64,000 nucleotides of DNA from Yuukianura sp. NJ FZ-2021 (GCA_046563655.1 JAJCTO010000009.1:372001-436000), one strand, 5' to 3'. Numbered from the stretch's first letter, positions 1 through 15,321 are shown. The notes: a model not told the origin generated them from the sequence alone. Numbers and translations are program-made.

Positions 1-3000
1 TTGGCGCTATACAGACCTACTATTCGACCGTGCAGATTTCCACGAAAAATGTGACAAGTCTATCCGTCCACCAACGTTCATAAGCGTAATTACACAAATT
101 TGGCCCCATGGAGAGCACATAGAATACCGCCAAGAATTGCAAAGATTCAACGTTTTCGCAGTGGTTTTTCCGGAGCAAGTGTTGGGAAAATTTTGTGAAC
201 CTCAAAGCGATTCGGTTTAGCTAACGCTGAAAAGCTAGAAAAACTGCGAAACATTTGGCGCCATACAGACCTACTATTCGACCGTCAGATTTCCATGAAA
301 AATGTGACAAGTCTATCCGTCCACCAACGTTCATAAGCGTAATTACACAAATTTGGCCCCATGGAGAGCACATAAAATACCGCCAAGAATTGCCAAGATT
401 CAACGTTTTCGCAGTGGTTTTTCCGGAGCAAGTGTTGGGAAAATTTTGTGAAACTGAAAGCGATTCGGTTTAGCTAACGCTGAAAAGCTAGAAAAACTGC
501 GAAACATTTGGCGCTATACGGACCTACTATTCGACCGTGCAGATTTCCATGAAAGATGTGACAAGTCTATCCGTCCACCAACGTTCATAAGCGTAATTAC
601 ACAAATTTGGCCCCATGGAGAGCACATAGAATACCGCCAAGAATTGCAAAGATTCAACGTTTTCGCAGTGGTTTTTCCGGAGCAAGTGTTGGGAAAATTT
701 TGTGAACCTGAAAGCGATTCGGTTTAGCTAACGCTGAAAAGCTAGAAAAACTGCGAAACATTTGGCGCCATACAGACCTACTATTCGACCGTCAGATTTC
801 CATGAAAAATGTGACAAGTCTATCCGTCCACCAACGTTCATAAGCGTAATTACACAAATTTGGCCCCATGGAGAGCACATAGAATACCGCCAAGAATTGC
901 AAAGATTCAACGTTTTCGCAGTGGTTTTTCCGGAGCAAGGGTGTGGGAAAATATTGTGAACCTCAAAGCGATTCCGCTGAGCTAACGCTGAGAAGCTAGA
1001 AAAACTGCGAAACATTTGGCGCTATACAGACCTACTATTCGACCGTGCAGATTTCCATGAAAAATGTGACAAGTCTATCCGTCCTCCAACGTTCATAAGC
1101 GTAATTACACAAATTTGGCCCCATGGAGAGCACATAGAATACCGCCAAGAATTGCAAAGATTCAACGTTTTCGCAGTGGTTTTTCCGGAGCAAGTGTTGG
1201 GAAAATTTTGTGAACCTGAAAGCGATTCGGTTTAGCTAACGCTGAAAAGCTAGAAAAACTGCGAAACATTTGGCGCTATACAGACCTACTATTCGACCGT
1301 GCAGATTTCCACGAAAAATGTGACAAGTCTATCCGTCCACCAACGTTCATAAGCGTAATTACACAAATTTGGCCCCATGGAGAGCACATAGAATACCGCC
1401 AAGAATTGCAAAGATTCAACGTTTTCGCAGTGGTTTTTCCGGAGCAAGTGTTGGGAAAATTTTGTGAACCTCAAAGCGATTCGGTTTAGCTAACGCTGAA
1501 AAGCTAGAAAAACTGCGAAACATTTGGCGCCATACAGACCTACTATTCGACCGTCAGATTTCCATGAAAAATGTGACAAGTCTATCCGTCCACCAACGTT
1601 CATAAGCGTAATTACACAAATTTAGCCCCATGGAGAGCACATAAAATACCGCCAAGAATTGCCAAGATTCAACGTTTTCGCAGTGGTTTTTCCGGAGCAA
1701 GTGTTGGGAAAATTTTGTGAAACTGAAAGCGATTCGGTTTAGCTAACGCTGAAAAGCTAGAAAAACTGCGAAACATTTGGCGCTATACGGACCTACTATT
1801 CGACCGTGCAGATTTCCATGAAAGATGTGACAAGTCTATCCGTCCACCAACGTTCATAAGCGTAATTACACAAATTTGGCCCCATGGAGAGCACATAGAA
1901 TACCGCCAAGAATTGCAAAGATTCAACGTTTTCGCAGTGGTTTTTCCGGAGCAAGTGTTGGGAAAATTTTGTGAACCTCAAAGCGATTCGGTTTAGCTAA
2001 CGCTGAAAAGCTAGAAAAACTGCGAAACATTTGGCGCCATACAGACCTACTATTCGACCGTCAGATTTCCATGAAAAATGTGACAAGTCTATCCGTCCAC
2101 CAACGTTCATAAGCGTAATTACACAAATTTGGCCCCATGGAGAGCACATAAAATACCGCCAAGAATTGCAAAGATTCAACGTTTTCGCAGTGGTTTTTCC
2201 GGAGCAAGGGTGTGGGAAAATATTGTGAACCTCAAAGCGATTCCGCTGAGCTAACGCTGAGAAGCTAGAAAAACTGCGAAACATTTGGCACTATACAGAC
2301 CTACTATTCGACCGTCAGATTTCCATGAAAAATGTGACAAGTCTATCCGTCCACCAACGTTCATAAGCGTAATTACACAAATTTGGCCCCATGGAGAGCA
2401 CATAGAATACCGCCAAGAATTGCAAAGATTCAACGTTTTCGCAATGGTTTTTCCGGAGCAAGTGTTGGGAAAATTTTGTGAACCTGAAAGCGATTCGGTT
2501 TAGCTAACGCTGAAAAGCTAGAAAAACTGCGAAACATTTGGCGCTATACAGACCTACTATTCGACCGTGCAGATTTCCATGAAAAATGTGACAAGTGTAT
2601 CCGTCTAGCAACGTTCATAAGCGTAATTACACAAATTTGACACAATGGAGAGCACATAGAAAACCGCCAAGAATTGCAAAGATTCAACGCTTTCGCAGTG
2701 GTTTTTCCGGAGCAAGTGTTGGGAAAATTTTGTGAACCTGAAAGCGATTCGGTTTAGCTAACGCTGAGAAGCTAGAAAAACTGCGAAACATTTGGCGCTA
2801 TACAGACCTACTATTCGACCGTGCAGATTTCCATGAAAAATGTGACAAGTCTATCCGTCCACCAACGTTCATAAGCGTAATTACACAAATTTGGCCCCAT
2901 GGAGAGCACATAGAATACCGCCAAGAATTGCAAAGATTCAACGTTTTCGCAGTGGTTTTTCCGGAGCAAGGGTGTGGGAAAATATTGTGAACCTCAAAGC

Positions 3001-6000
3001 GATTCCGCTGAGCTAACGCTGAGAAGCTAGAAAAACTGCGAAACATTTGGCGATATACAGACCTACTATTCGACCGTGCAGATTTCCATGAAAGATGTGA
3101 CAAGTCTATCCGTCCACCAACGTTCATAAGCGTAATTACACAAATTTGGCCCCATGGAGAGCACATAGAATACCGCCAAGAATTGCAAAGATTCAACGTT
3201 TTCGCAGTGGTTTTTCCGGAGCAAGTGTTGGGAAAATTTTGTGAACCTCAAAGCGATTCGGTTTAGCTAACGCTGAAAAGCTAGAAAAACTGCGAAACAT
3301 TTGGCGCCATACAGACCTACTATTCGACCGTCAGATTTCCATGAAAAATGTGACAAGTCTATCCGTCCACCAACGTTCATAAGCGTAATTACACAAATTT
3401 GGCCCCATGGAGAGCACATAGAATACCGCCAAGAATTGCAAAGATTCAACGTTTTCGCAGTGGTTTTTCCGGAGCAAGTGTTGGGAAAATTTTGTGAACC
3501 TGAAAGCGATTCGGTTTAGCTAACGCTGAAAAGCTAGAAAAACTGCGAAACATTTGGCGCTATACAGACCTACTATTCGACCGTGCAGATTTCCACGAAA
3601 AATGTGACAAGTCTATCCGTCCACCAACGTTCATAAGCGTAATTACACAAATTTGGCCCCATGGAGAGCACATAGAATACCGCCAAGAATTGCAAAGATT
3701 CAACGTTTTCGCAGTGGTTTTTCCGGAGCAAGTGTTGGGAAAATTTTGTGAACCTCAAAGCGATTCGGTTTAGCTAACGCTGAAAAGCTAGAAAAACTGC
3801 GAAACATTTGGCGCCATACAGACCTACTATTCGACCGTCAGATTTCCATGAAAAATGTGACAAGTCTATCCGTCCACCAACGTTCATAAGCGTAATTACA
3901 CAAATTTAGCCCCATGGAGAGCACATAAAATACCGCCAAGAATTGCCAAGATTCAACGTTTTCGCAGTGGTTTTTCCGGAGCAAGTGTTGGGAAAATTTT
4001 GTGAAACTGAAAGCGATTCGGTTTAGCTAACGCTGAAAAGCTAGAAAAACTGCGAAACATTTGGCGCTATACGGACCTACTATTCGACCGTGCAGATTTC
4101 CATGAAAGATGTGACAAGTCTATCCGTCCACCAACGTTCATAAGCGTAATTACACAAATTTGGCCCCATGGAGAGCACATAGAATACCGCCAAGAATTGC
4201 AAAGATTCAACGTTTTCGCAGTGGTTTTTCCGGAGCAAGTGTTGGGAAAATTCTGTGAACCTCAAAGCGATTCGGTTTAGCTAACGCTGAAAAGCTAGAA
4301 AAACTGCGAAACATTTGGCGCCATACAGACCTACTATTCGACCGTCAGATTTCCATGAAAAATGTGACAAGTCTATCCGTCCACCAACGTTCATAAGCGT
4401 AATTACACAAATTTGGCCCCATGGAGAGCACATAAAATACCGCCAAGAATTGCAAAGATTCAACGTTTTCGCAGTGGTTTTTCCGGAGCAAGGGTGTGGG
4501 AAAATATTGTGAACCTCAAAGCGATTCCGCTGAGCTAACGCTGAGAAGCTAGAAAAACTGCGAAACATTTGGCACTATACAGACCTACTATTCGACCGTC
4601 AGATTTCCATGAAAAATGTGACAAGTCTATCCGTCCACCAACGTTCATAAGCGTAATTACACAAATTTGGCCCCATGGAGAGCACATAGAATACCGCCAA
4701 GAATTGCAAAGATTCAACGTTTTCGCAATGGTTTTTCCGGAGCAAGTGTTGGGAAAATTTTGTGAACCTGAAAGCGATTCGGTTTAGCTAACGCTGAAAA
4801 GCTAGAAAAACTGCGAAACATTTGGCGCTATACGGACCTACTATTCGACCGTGCAGATTTCCATGAAAGATGTGACAAGTCTATCCGTCCACCAACGTTC
4901 ATAAGCGTAATTACACAAATTTGGCCCCATGGAGAGCACATAGAATACCGCCAAGAATTGCAAAGATTCAACGTTTTCGCAGTGGTTTTTCCGGAGCAAG
5001 TGTTGGGAAAATTCTGTGAACCTCAAAGCGATTCGGTTTAGCTAACGCTGAAAAGCTAGAAAAACTGCGAAACATTTGGCGCCATACAGACCTACTATTC
5101 GACCGTCAGATTTCCATGAAAAATGTGACAAGTCTATCCGTCCACCAACGTTCATAAGCGTAATTACACAAATTTGGCCCCATGGAGAGCACATAAAATA
5201 CCGCCAAGAATTGCAAAGATTCAACGTTTTCGCAGTGGTTTTTCCGGAGCAAGTGTTGGGAAAATTCTGTGAACCTCAAAGCGATTCGGTTTAGCTAACG
5301 CTGAAAAGCTAGAAAAACTGCGAAACATTTGGCGCCATACAGACCTACTATTCGACCGTCAGATTTCCATGAAAAATGTGACAAGTCTATCCGTCCACCA
5401 ACGTTCATAAGCGTAATTACACAAATTTGGCCCCATGGAGAGGACATAGAATACCGCCAAGAATTGCAAAGATTCAACGTTTTCGCAATGGTTTTTCCGG
5501 AGCAAGTGTTGGGAAAATTTTGTGAACCTGAAAGCGATTCGGTTTAGCTAACGCTGAGAAGCTAGAAAAACTGCGAAACATTTGGCGATATACAGACCTA
5601 CTATTCGACCGTGCAGATTTCCATGAAAGATGTGGCAAGTCTATCCGTCCACCAACGTTCATAAGCGTAATTACACAAATTTGGCCCCATGGAGAGCACA
5701 TAGAATACCGCCAAGAATTGCAAAGATTCAACGTTTTCGCAGTGGTTTTTCCGGAGCAAGTGTTGGGAAAATTTTGTGAACCTCAAAGCGATTCGGTTTA
5801 GCTAACGCTGAAAAGCTAGAAAAACTGCGAAACATTTGGCGCCATACAGACCTACTATTCGACCGTCAGATTTCCATGAAAAATGTGACAAGTCTATCCG
5901 TCCACCAACGTTCATAAGCGTAATTACACAAATTTAGCCCCATGGAGAGCACATAAAATACCGCCAAGAATTGCAAAGATTCAACGTTTTCGCAGTGGTT

Positions 6001-9000
6001 TTTCCGGAGCAAGGGTGTGGGAAAATATTGTGAACCTCAAAGCGATTCCGCTGAGCTAACGCTGAGAAGCTAGAAAAACTGCGAAACATTTGGCGCTATA
6101 CAGACCTACTATTCGACCGTCAGATTTCCATGAAAAATGTGACAAGTCTATCCGTCCACCAACGTTCATAAGCGTAATTACACAAATTTGGCCCCATGGA
6201 GAGCACATAGAATACCGCCAAGAATTGCAAAGATTCAACGTTTTCGCAGTGGTTTTTCCGGAGCAAGTGTTGGGAAAATTTTGTGAACCTCAAAGCGATT
6301 CGGTTTAGCTAACGCTGAAAAGCTAGAAAAACTGCGAAACATTTGGCGCCATACAGACCTAAATACTATTCGACCGTCAGATTTCCATGAAAAATGTGAC
6401 AAGTCTATCCGTCCACCAACGTTCATAAGCGTAATTACACAAATTTGGCCCCATGGAGAGCACATAAAATACCGCCAAGAATTGCAAAGATTCAACGTTT
6501 TCGCAGTGGTTTTTCCGGAGCAAGTGTTGGGAAAATTTTGTGAACCTGAAAGCGATTCGGTTTAGCTAACGCTGAAAAGCTAGAAAAACTGCGAAACATT
6601 TGGCGCTATACAGACCTACTATTCGACCGTGCAGATTTCCATGAAAAATGTGACAAGTGTATCCGTCTACCAACGTTCATAAGCGTAATTACACAAATTT
6701 GACACAATGGAGAGCACATAGAAAACCGCCAAGAATTGCAAAGATTCAACGCTTTCGCAGTGGTTTTTCCGGAGCAAGTGTTGGGAAAATTTTGTGAACC
6801 TGAAAGCGATTCGGTTTAGCTAACGCTGAGAAGCTAGAAAAACTGCGAAACATTTGGCGCTATACAGACCTACTATTCGACCGTGCAGATTTCCATGAAA
6901 AATGTGACAAGTCTATCCGTCCACCAACGTTCATAAGCGTAATTACACAAATTTGACACAATGGAGAGCACATAGAAAACCGCCAAGAATTGCAAAGATT
7001 CAACGCTTTCGCAGTGGTTTTTCCGGAGCAAGTGTTGGGAAAATTTTGTGAACCTGAAAGCGATTCGGTTTAGCTAACGCTGAGAAGCTAGAAAAACTGC
7101 GAAACATTTGGCGATATACAGACCTACTATTCGACCGTCAGATTTCCATGAAAAATGTGACAAGTCTATTCGTCCACCAACGTTCATAAGCGTAATTACA
7201 CAAATTTGGCCCCATGGAGAGCACATAGAATACCGCCAAGAATTGCAAAGATTCAACGTTTTCGCAGTGGTTTTTCCGGAGCAAGTGTTGGGAAAATTTT
7301 GTGAACCTCAAAGCGATTCGGTTTAGCTAACGCTGAAAAGCTAGAAAAACTGCGAAACATTTGGCGCCATACAGACCTACTATTCGACCGTCAGATTTCC
7401 ATGAAAAATGTGACAAGTCTATCCGTCCACCAACGTTCATAAGCGTAATTACACAAATTTGGCCCCATGGAGAGCACATAAAATACCGCCAAGAATTGCA
7501 AAGATTCAACGTTTTTGCAGTGGTTTTTCCGGAGCAAGTGTTGGGAAAATTTTGTGAACCTGAAAGCGATTCGGTTTAGCTAACGCTGAGAAGCTAGAAA
7601 AACTGCGAAACATTTGGCGCTATACAGACCTACTATTCGACCGTGCAGATTTCCATGAAAAATGTGACAAGTCTATCCGTCCACCAACGTTCATAAGCGT
7701 AATTACACAAATTTGACACAATGGAGAGCACATAGAAAACCGCCAAGAATTGCAAAGATTCAACGCTTTCGCAGTGGTTTTTCCGGAGCAAGTGTTGGGA
7801 AAATTTTGTGAACCTGAAAGCGATTCGGTTTAGCTAACGCTGAGAAGCTAGAAAAACTGCGAAACATTTGGCGATATACAGACCTACTATTCGACCGTCA
7901 GATTTCCATGAAAAATGTGACAAGTCTATTCGTCCACCAACGTTCATAAGCGTAATTACACAAATTTGGCCCCATGGAGAGCACATAGAATACCGCCAAG
8001 AATTGCAAAGATTCAACGTTTTCGCAGTGGTTTTTCCGGAGCAAGTGTTGGGAAAATTTTGTGAACCTCAAAGCGATTCGGTTTAGCTAACGCTGAAAAG
8101 CTAGAAAAACTGCGAAACATTTGGCGCCATACAGACCTACTATTCGACCGTCAGATTTCCATGAAAAATGTGACAAGTCTATCCGTCCACCAACGTTCAT
8201 AAGCGTAATTACACAAATTTGGCCCCATGGAGAGCACATAAAATACCGCCAAGAATTGCAAAGATTCAACGTTTTTGCAGTGGTTTTTCCGGAGCAAGTG
8301 TTGGGAAAATTTTGTGAACCTGAAAGCGATTCGGTTTAGCTAACGCTGAAAAGCTAGAAAAACTGCGAAACATTTGGCGCTATACAGACCTACTATTCGA
8401 CCGTCAGATTTCCATGAAAAATGTGACAAGTCTATCCGTCCACCAACGTTCATAAGCGTAATTACACAAATTTGACACAATGGAGAGCACATAGAAAACC
8501 GCCAAGAATTGCAAAGATTCAACGCTTTCGCAGTGGTTTTTCCGGAGCAAGTGTTGGGAAAATTTTGTGAACCTGAAAGCGATTCGGTTTAGCTAACGCT
8601 GAGAAGCTAGAAAAACTGCGAAACATTTGGCGATATACAGACCTACTATTCGACCGTCAGATTTCCATGAAAAATGTGACAAGTCTATTCGTCCACCAAC
8701 GTTCATAAGCGTAATTACACAAATTTGGCCCCATGGAGAGCACATAGAATACCGCCAAGAATTGCAAAGATTCAACGTTTTCGCAGTGGTTTTTCCGGAG
8801 CAAGTGTTGGGAAAATTTTGTGAACCTCAAAGCGATTCGGTTTAGCTAACGCTGAAAAGCTAGAAAAACTGCGAAACATTTGGCGCCATACAGACCTACT
8901 ATTCGACCGTCAGATTTCCATGAAAAATGTGACAAGTCTATCCGTCCACCAACGTTCATAAGCGTAATTACACAAATTTGGCCCCATGGAGAGCACATAA

Positions 9001-12000
9001 AATACCGCCAAGAATTGCAAAGATTCAACGTTTTTGCAGTGGTTTTTCCGGAGCAAGTGTTGGGAAAATTTTGTGAACCTGAAAGCGATTCGGTTTAGCT
9101 AACGCTGAAAAGCTAGAAAAACTGCGAAACATTTGGCGCTATACAGACCTACTATTCGACCGTCAGATTTCCATGAAAAATGTGACAAGTCTATCCGTCC
9201 ACCAACGTTCATAAGCGTAATTACACAAATTTGGCCCCATGGAGAGCACATAGAATACCGCCAAGAATTGCAAAGATTCAACGTTTTCGCAGTGGTTTTT
9301 CCGGAGCAAGTGTTGGGAAAATTTTGTGAACCTCAAAGCGATTCGGTTTAGCTAACGCTGAAAAGCTAGAAAAACTGCGAAACATTTGGCGCCATACAGA
9401 CCTAAATACTATTCGACCGTCAGATTTCCATGAAAAATGTGACAAGTGTATCCGTCTACCAACGTTCATAAGCGTAATTACACAAATTTGACACAATGGA
9501 GAGCACATAGAAAACCGCCAAGAATTGCAAAGATTCAACGCTTTCGCAGTGGTTTTTCCGGAGCAAGTGTTGGGAAAATTTTGTGAACCTGAAAGCGATT
9601 CGGTTTAGCTAACGCTGAGAAGCTAGAAAAACTGCGAAACATTTGGCGCTATACAGACCTACTATTCGACCGTGCAGATTTCCATGAAAAATGTGACAAG
9701 TCTATCCGTCCACCAACGTTCATAAGCGTAATTACACAAATTTGACACAATGGAGAGCACATAGAAAACCGCCAAGAATTGCAAAGATTCAACGCTTTCG
9801 CAGTGGTTTTTCCGGAGCAAGTGTTGGGAAAATTTTGTGAACCTGAAAGCGATTCGGTTTAGCTAACGCTGAGAAGCTAGAAAAACTGCGAAACATTTGG
9901 CGATATACAGACCTACTATTCGACCGTCAGATTTCCATGAAAAATGTGACAAGTCTATTCGTCCACCAACGTTCATAAGCGTAATTACACAAATTTGGCC
10001 CCATGGAGAGCACATAGAATACCGCCAAGAATTGCAAAGATTCAACGTTTTCGCAGTGGTTTTTCCGGAGCAAGTGTTGGGAAAATTTTGTGAACCTCAA
10101 AGCGATTCGGTTTAGCTAACGCTGAAAAGCTAGAAAAACTGCGAAACATTTGGCGCCATACAGACCTACTATTCGACCGTCAGATTTCCATGAAAAATGT
10201 GACAAGTCTATCCGTCCACCAACGTTCATAAGCGTAATTACACAAATTTGGCCCCATGGAGAGCACATAAAATACCGCCAAGAATTGCAAAGATTCAACG
10301 TTTTTGCAGTGGTTTTTCCGGAGCAAGTGTTGGGAAAATTTTGTGAACCTGAAAGCGATTCGGTTTAGCTAACGCTGAAAAGCTAGAAAAACTGCGAAAC
10401 ATTTGGCGCTATACAGACCTACTATTCGACCGTGCAGATTTCCATGAAAAATGTGACAAGTGTATCCGTCTACCAACGTTCATAAGCGTAATTACACAAA
10501 TTTGACACAATGGAGAGCACATAGAAAACCGCCAAGAATTGCAAAGATTCAACGCTTTCGCAGTGGTTTTTCCGGAGCAAGTGTTGGGAAAATTTTGTGA
10601 ACCTGAAAGCGATTCGGTTTAGCTAACGCTGAGAAGCTAGAAAAACTGCGAAACATTTGGCGCTATACAGACCTACTATTCGACCGTGCAGATTTCCATG
10701 AAAAATGTGACAAGTCTATCCGTCCACCAACGTTCATAAGCGTAATTACACAAATTTGACACAATGGAGAGCACATAGAAAACCGCCAAGAATTGCAAAG
10801 ATTCAACGCTTTCGCAGTGGTTTTTCCGGAGCAAGTGTTGGGAAAATTTTGTGAACCTGAAAGCGATTCGGTTTAGCTAACGCTGAGAAGCTAGAAAAAC
10901 TGCGAAACATTTGGCGATATACAGACCTACTATTCGACCGTCAGATTTCCATGAAAAATGTGACAAGTCTATTCGTCCACCAACGTTCATAAGCGTAATT
11001 ACACAAATTTGGCCCCATGGAGAGCACATAGAATACCGCCAAGAATTGCAAAGATTCAACGTTTTCGCAGTGGTTTTTCCGGAGCAAGTGTTGGGAAAAT
11101 TTTGTGAACCTCAAAGCGATTCGGTTTAGCTAACGCTGAAAAGCTAGAAAAACTGCGAAACATTTGGCGCCATACAGACCTACTATTCGACCGTCAGATT
11201 TCCATGAAAAATGTGACAAGTCTATCCGTCCACCAACGTTCATAAGCGTAATTACACAAATTTGGCCCCATGGAGAGCACATAAAATACCGCCAAGAATT
11301 GCAAAGATTCAACGTTTTTGCAGTGGTTTTTCCGGAGCAAGTGTTGGGAAAATTTTGTGAACCTGAAAGCGATTCGGTTTAGCTAACGCTGAAAAGCTAG
11401 AAAAACTGCGAAACATTTGGCGCTATACAGACCTACTATTCGACCGTGCAGATTTCCACGAAAAATGTGACAAGTCTATCCGTCCACCAACGTTGATAAG
11501 CGTAATTACACAAATTTGGCCCCATGGAGAGCACATAGAATACCGCCAAGAATTGCAAAGATTCAACGTTTTCGCAGTGGTTTTTCCGGAGCAAGTGTTG
11601 GGAAAATTTTGTGAACCTCAAACCGATTCGGTTTAGCTAACGCTGAAAAGCTAGAAAAACTGCGAAACATTTGGCGCCATACAGACCTACTATTAGACCG
11701 TCAGATTTCCATGAAAAATGTGACAAGTCTATCCGTCCACCAACGTTCATAAGCGTAATTACACAAATTTGGCCCCATGGAGAGCACATAAAATACCGCC
11801 AAGAATTGCAAAGATTCAACGTTTTCGCAGTGGCTTTTCCGGAGCAAGTGTTGGGAAAATTTTGTGAAACTGAAAGCGATTCGGTTTAGTTAACGCTGAA
11901 AAGCTAGAAAAACTGCGAAACATTTGGCGCTATACGGACCTACTATTCGACCGTGCAGATTTCCATGAAAGATGTGACAAGTCTATCCGTCCACCAACGT

Positions 12001-14191
12001 TCATAAGCGTAATTACACAAATTTGGCCCCATGGAGAGCACATAGAATACCGCCAAGAATTGCAAAGATTCAACGTTTTCGCAGTGGTTTTTCCGGAGCA
12101 AGGGTGTGGGAAAATATTGTGAACCTCAAAGCGATTCCGCTGAGCTAACGCTGAGAAGCTAGAAAAACTGCGAAACATTTGGCGATATACAGACCTACTA
12201 TTCGACCGTCAGATTTCCATGAAAAATGTGACAAGTCTATTCGTCCACCAACGTTCATAAGCGTAATTACACAAATTTGGCCCCATGGAGAGCACATAGA
12301 ATACCGCCAAGAATTGCAAAGATTCAACGTTTTCGCAGTGGTTTTTCCGGAGCAAGTGTTGGGAAAATTTTGTGAACCTGAAAGCGATTCGGTTTAGCTA
12401 ACGCTGAAAAGCTAGAAAAACTGCGAAACATTTGGCGCCATACAGACCTACTATTAGACCGTCAGATTTCCATGAAAAATGTGACAAGTCTATCCGTCCA
12501 CCAACGTTCATAAGCGTAATTACACAAATTTGGCCCCATGGAGAGCACATAAAATACCGCCAAGAATTGCAAAGATTCAACGTTTTCGCAGTGGCTTTTC
12601 CGGAGCAAGTGTTGGGAAAATTTTGTGAAACTGAAAGCGATTCGGTTTAGTTAACGCTGAAAAGCTAGAAAAACTGCGAAACATTTGGCGCTATACGGAC
12701 CTACTATTCGACCGTGCAGATTTCCATGAAAGATGTGACAAGTCTATCCGTCCACCAACGTTCATAAGCGTAATTACACAAATTTGGCCCCATGGAGAGC
12801 ACATAGAATACCGCCAAGAATTGCAAAGATTCAACGTTTTCGCAGTGGTTTTTCCGGAGCAAGGGTGTGGGAAAATATTGTGAACCTCAAAGCGATTCCG
12901 CTGAGCTAACGCTGAGAAGCTAGAAAAACTGCGAAACATTTGGCGATATACAGACCTACTATTCGACCGTCAGATTTCCATGAAAAATGTGACAAGTCTA
13001 TTCGTCCACCAACGTTCATAAGCGTAATTACACAAATTTGGCCCCATGGAGAGCACATAGAATACCGCCAAGAATTGCAAAGATTCAACGTTTTCGCAGT
13101 GGTTTTTCCGGAGCAAGTGTTGGGAAAATTTTGTGAACCTGAAAGCGATTCGGTTTAGCTAACGCTGAAAAGCTAGAAAAACTGCGAAACATTTGGCGCC
13201 ATACAGACCTACTATTCGACCGTCAGATTTGCATGAAAAATGTGACAAGTCTATCCGTCCACCAACGTTCATAAGCGTAATTACACAAATTTGGCCCCAT
13301 GGAGAGCACATAAAATACCGCCAAGAATTGCAAAGATTCAACGTTTTCGCAGTGGTTTTTCCGGAGCAAGTGTTGGGAAAATTTTGTGAACCTGAAAGCG
13401 ATTCGGTTTAGCTAACGCTGAAAAGCTAGAAAAACTGCGAAACATTTGGCGCTATACAGACCTACTATTCGACCGTGCAGATTTCCACGAAAAATGTGAC
13501 AAGTCTATCCGTCCACCAACGTTCATAAGCGTAATTACACAAATTTGGCCCCATGGAGAGCACATAGAATACCGCCAAGAATTGCAAAGATTCAACGTTT
13601 TCGCAGTGGTTTTTCCGGAGCAAGTGTTGGGAAAATTTTGTGAACCTCAAAGCGATTCGGTTTAGCTAACGCTGAAAAGCTAGAAAAACTGCGAAACATT
13701 TGGCGCTATACGGACCTACTATTCGACCGTGCAGATTTCCATGAAAGATGTGACAAGTCTATCCGTCCACCAACGTTCATAAGCGTAATTACACAAATTT
13801 GGCCCCATGGAGAGCACATAGAATACCGCCAAGAATTGCAAAGATTCAACGTTTTCGCAGTGGTTTTTCCGGAGAAAGTGTTGGGAAAATTTTGTGAACC
13901 TGAAAGCGATTCGGTTTAGCTAAAGCTGAAAAACTAGAAAAACTGCGAAACATTTGGCGCTATACAGACCTACTATTCGACCGTGCAGATTTCCATGAAA
14001 AATGTGACAAGTCTATCCGTCCATCAACGTTCATAAGCGTAATTACATAAATTTGACCCAATGCAGAGCACATAGAATACCGCCAAGAATTGCAAAGATT
14101 CGACGTTTTCGCAGTGGTTTTTCCGGAGCAAGGGTGTGGGAAAATATTGTGAACCTCAAAGCGATTCCGCTGAGCTAACGCTGAGAAGCTA
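1..14191. repeat. Satellite A: head-to-tail 253/254-bp tandem array (about 56 monomers, runs off the window start)
   Basis: The monomer (ttggcgctatacagacctactattcgaccgt...gctagaaaaactgcgaaacat) recurs every 253-254 bp with few substitutions. All short ORFs here are translations of the monomer. Confidence 0.99.
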
Positions 14192-15321
14192 CCCCGGAAA
14201 CAATTTTTGGGTATGAACCGTCAGCATTGCGTCAGTTTTGGGAATTACAATGACGATTACACATTTTTGAATCAAAAATGATGCGCTCACGCTGGCATTA
14301 TTATGAGTAGGGTAGGTAACGCGTAAGTAGGGCAGGTGTAGTGTAGGGCAGGTAAATATACCTGGCGTTATATTTCTGCAAAAACTGAGTTAGTTGCATG
14401 CATGTTGTTGTGAGGACAGAAATGAGGCGCACAAATTTACGCCTTCGATTCGCTGCAAAGGAGGCGCAATTATAATTGCATGATTCTGACGCTTGTTTCC
14501 AATCATTCAAATATTGCAAGATTTGTATTGCATGGAAAGTGCGTGAAATTGCAGTGAAGCTTCCTTCAGTCAATATGATGCGTCCGTCCCGACAGCTTCC
14601 AGACGCAATTATTAGAACACTAAACAACCAATGTCATTGCTACACGTTCTTTTGTTGCGGGACAAACTTCGTCTAAAAACTTCGGATAAACTTATAGTTT
14701 CGTATCCCACATGACCAATTAACAATCGTATTGGATGATAATTTTTATACTAATCAAATAAGACATACATGGTTCCGTGTCATTTAGAGCATTTAAACTG
14801 CTCGCTCACACGTAGAGATGCTGAATCCACCTAACTATGCCGGTGACAGCTGATAATTTCGTCACTTTGTCTGTATGTTTACAAAGGTGACCATACTTAC
14901 CGTAACTTAACCAATTAATCACATAATTGATGTCAGGTTATAAGTTTTTTTCTTGATTTTAGTCGTAAGAATTTTAAGTTCCGAATGCATGGAATAAGTA
15001 CTACAACTTTCGACTACTCTTTCAATAAATCATTCGTAGCTTAGTTTGTAGTGTGATAGGTCAAAAATAATAGAGAAGTGAAGGTTGTTGGTTCGAAACT
15101 CCGGAGAAGAGTTTTTTTTCTATCTTTTGCATGCGTCAAATTGGAGTATGTTCCAAACCTCAATTTGACGCCTCCGGAACTGCATCATATTTAAGATTTT
15201 GAAACGGCGTCCTCGACGGATACTTGCATTGCGCCAATATGACGCTAAAACCTTGGACAGCCAGCTACGTTATGCTGACGGTTTTTACTTTTTGTCTCTA
15301 ATGCATGAATTGTTTCCGGGG
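14192..15321. mobile_element. Non-autonomous DNA transposon (about 1.13 kb) with 14-bp TIRs and TA target duplication, inserted in satellite A
   Basis: Ends are ccccggaaacaatt and aattgtttccgggg. The satellite sequence gaagcTAgaaaaac is split as gaagcTA[element]TAgaaaaac (TA at 14190-14191 and 15322-15323). No convincing ORF inside. Confidence 0.9.

Noticed and set aside
20..13650. Dozens of 60-132 aa ORFs in satellite A
   Set aside because: They are translations of the same monomer on both strands, mostly with non-ATG starts, and are broken at random by monomer indels.
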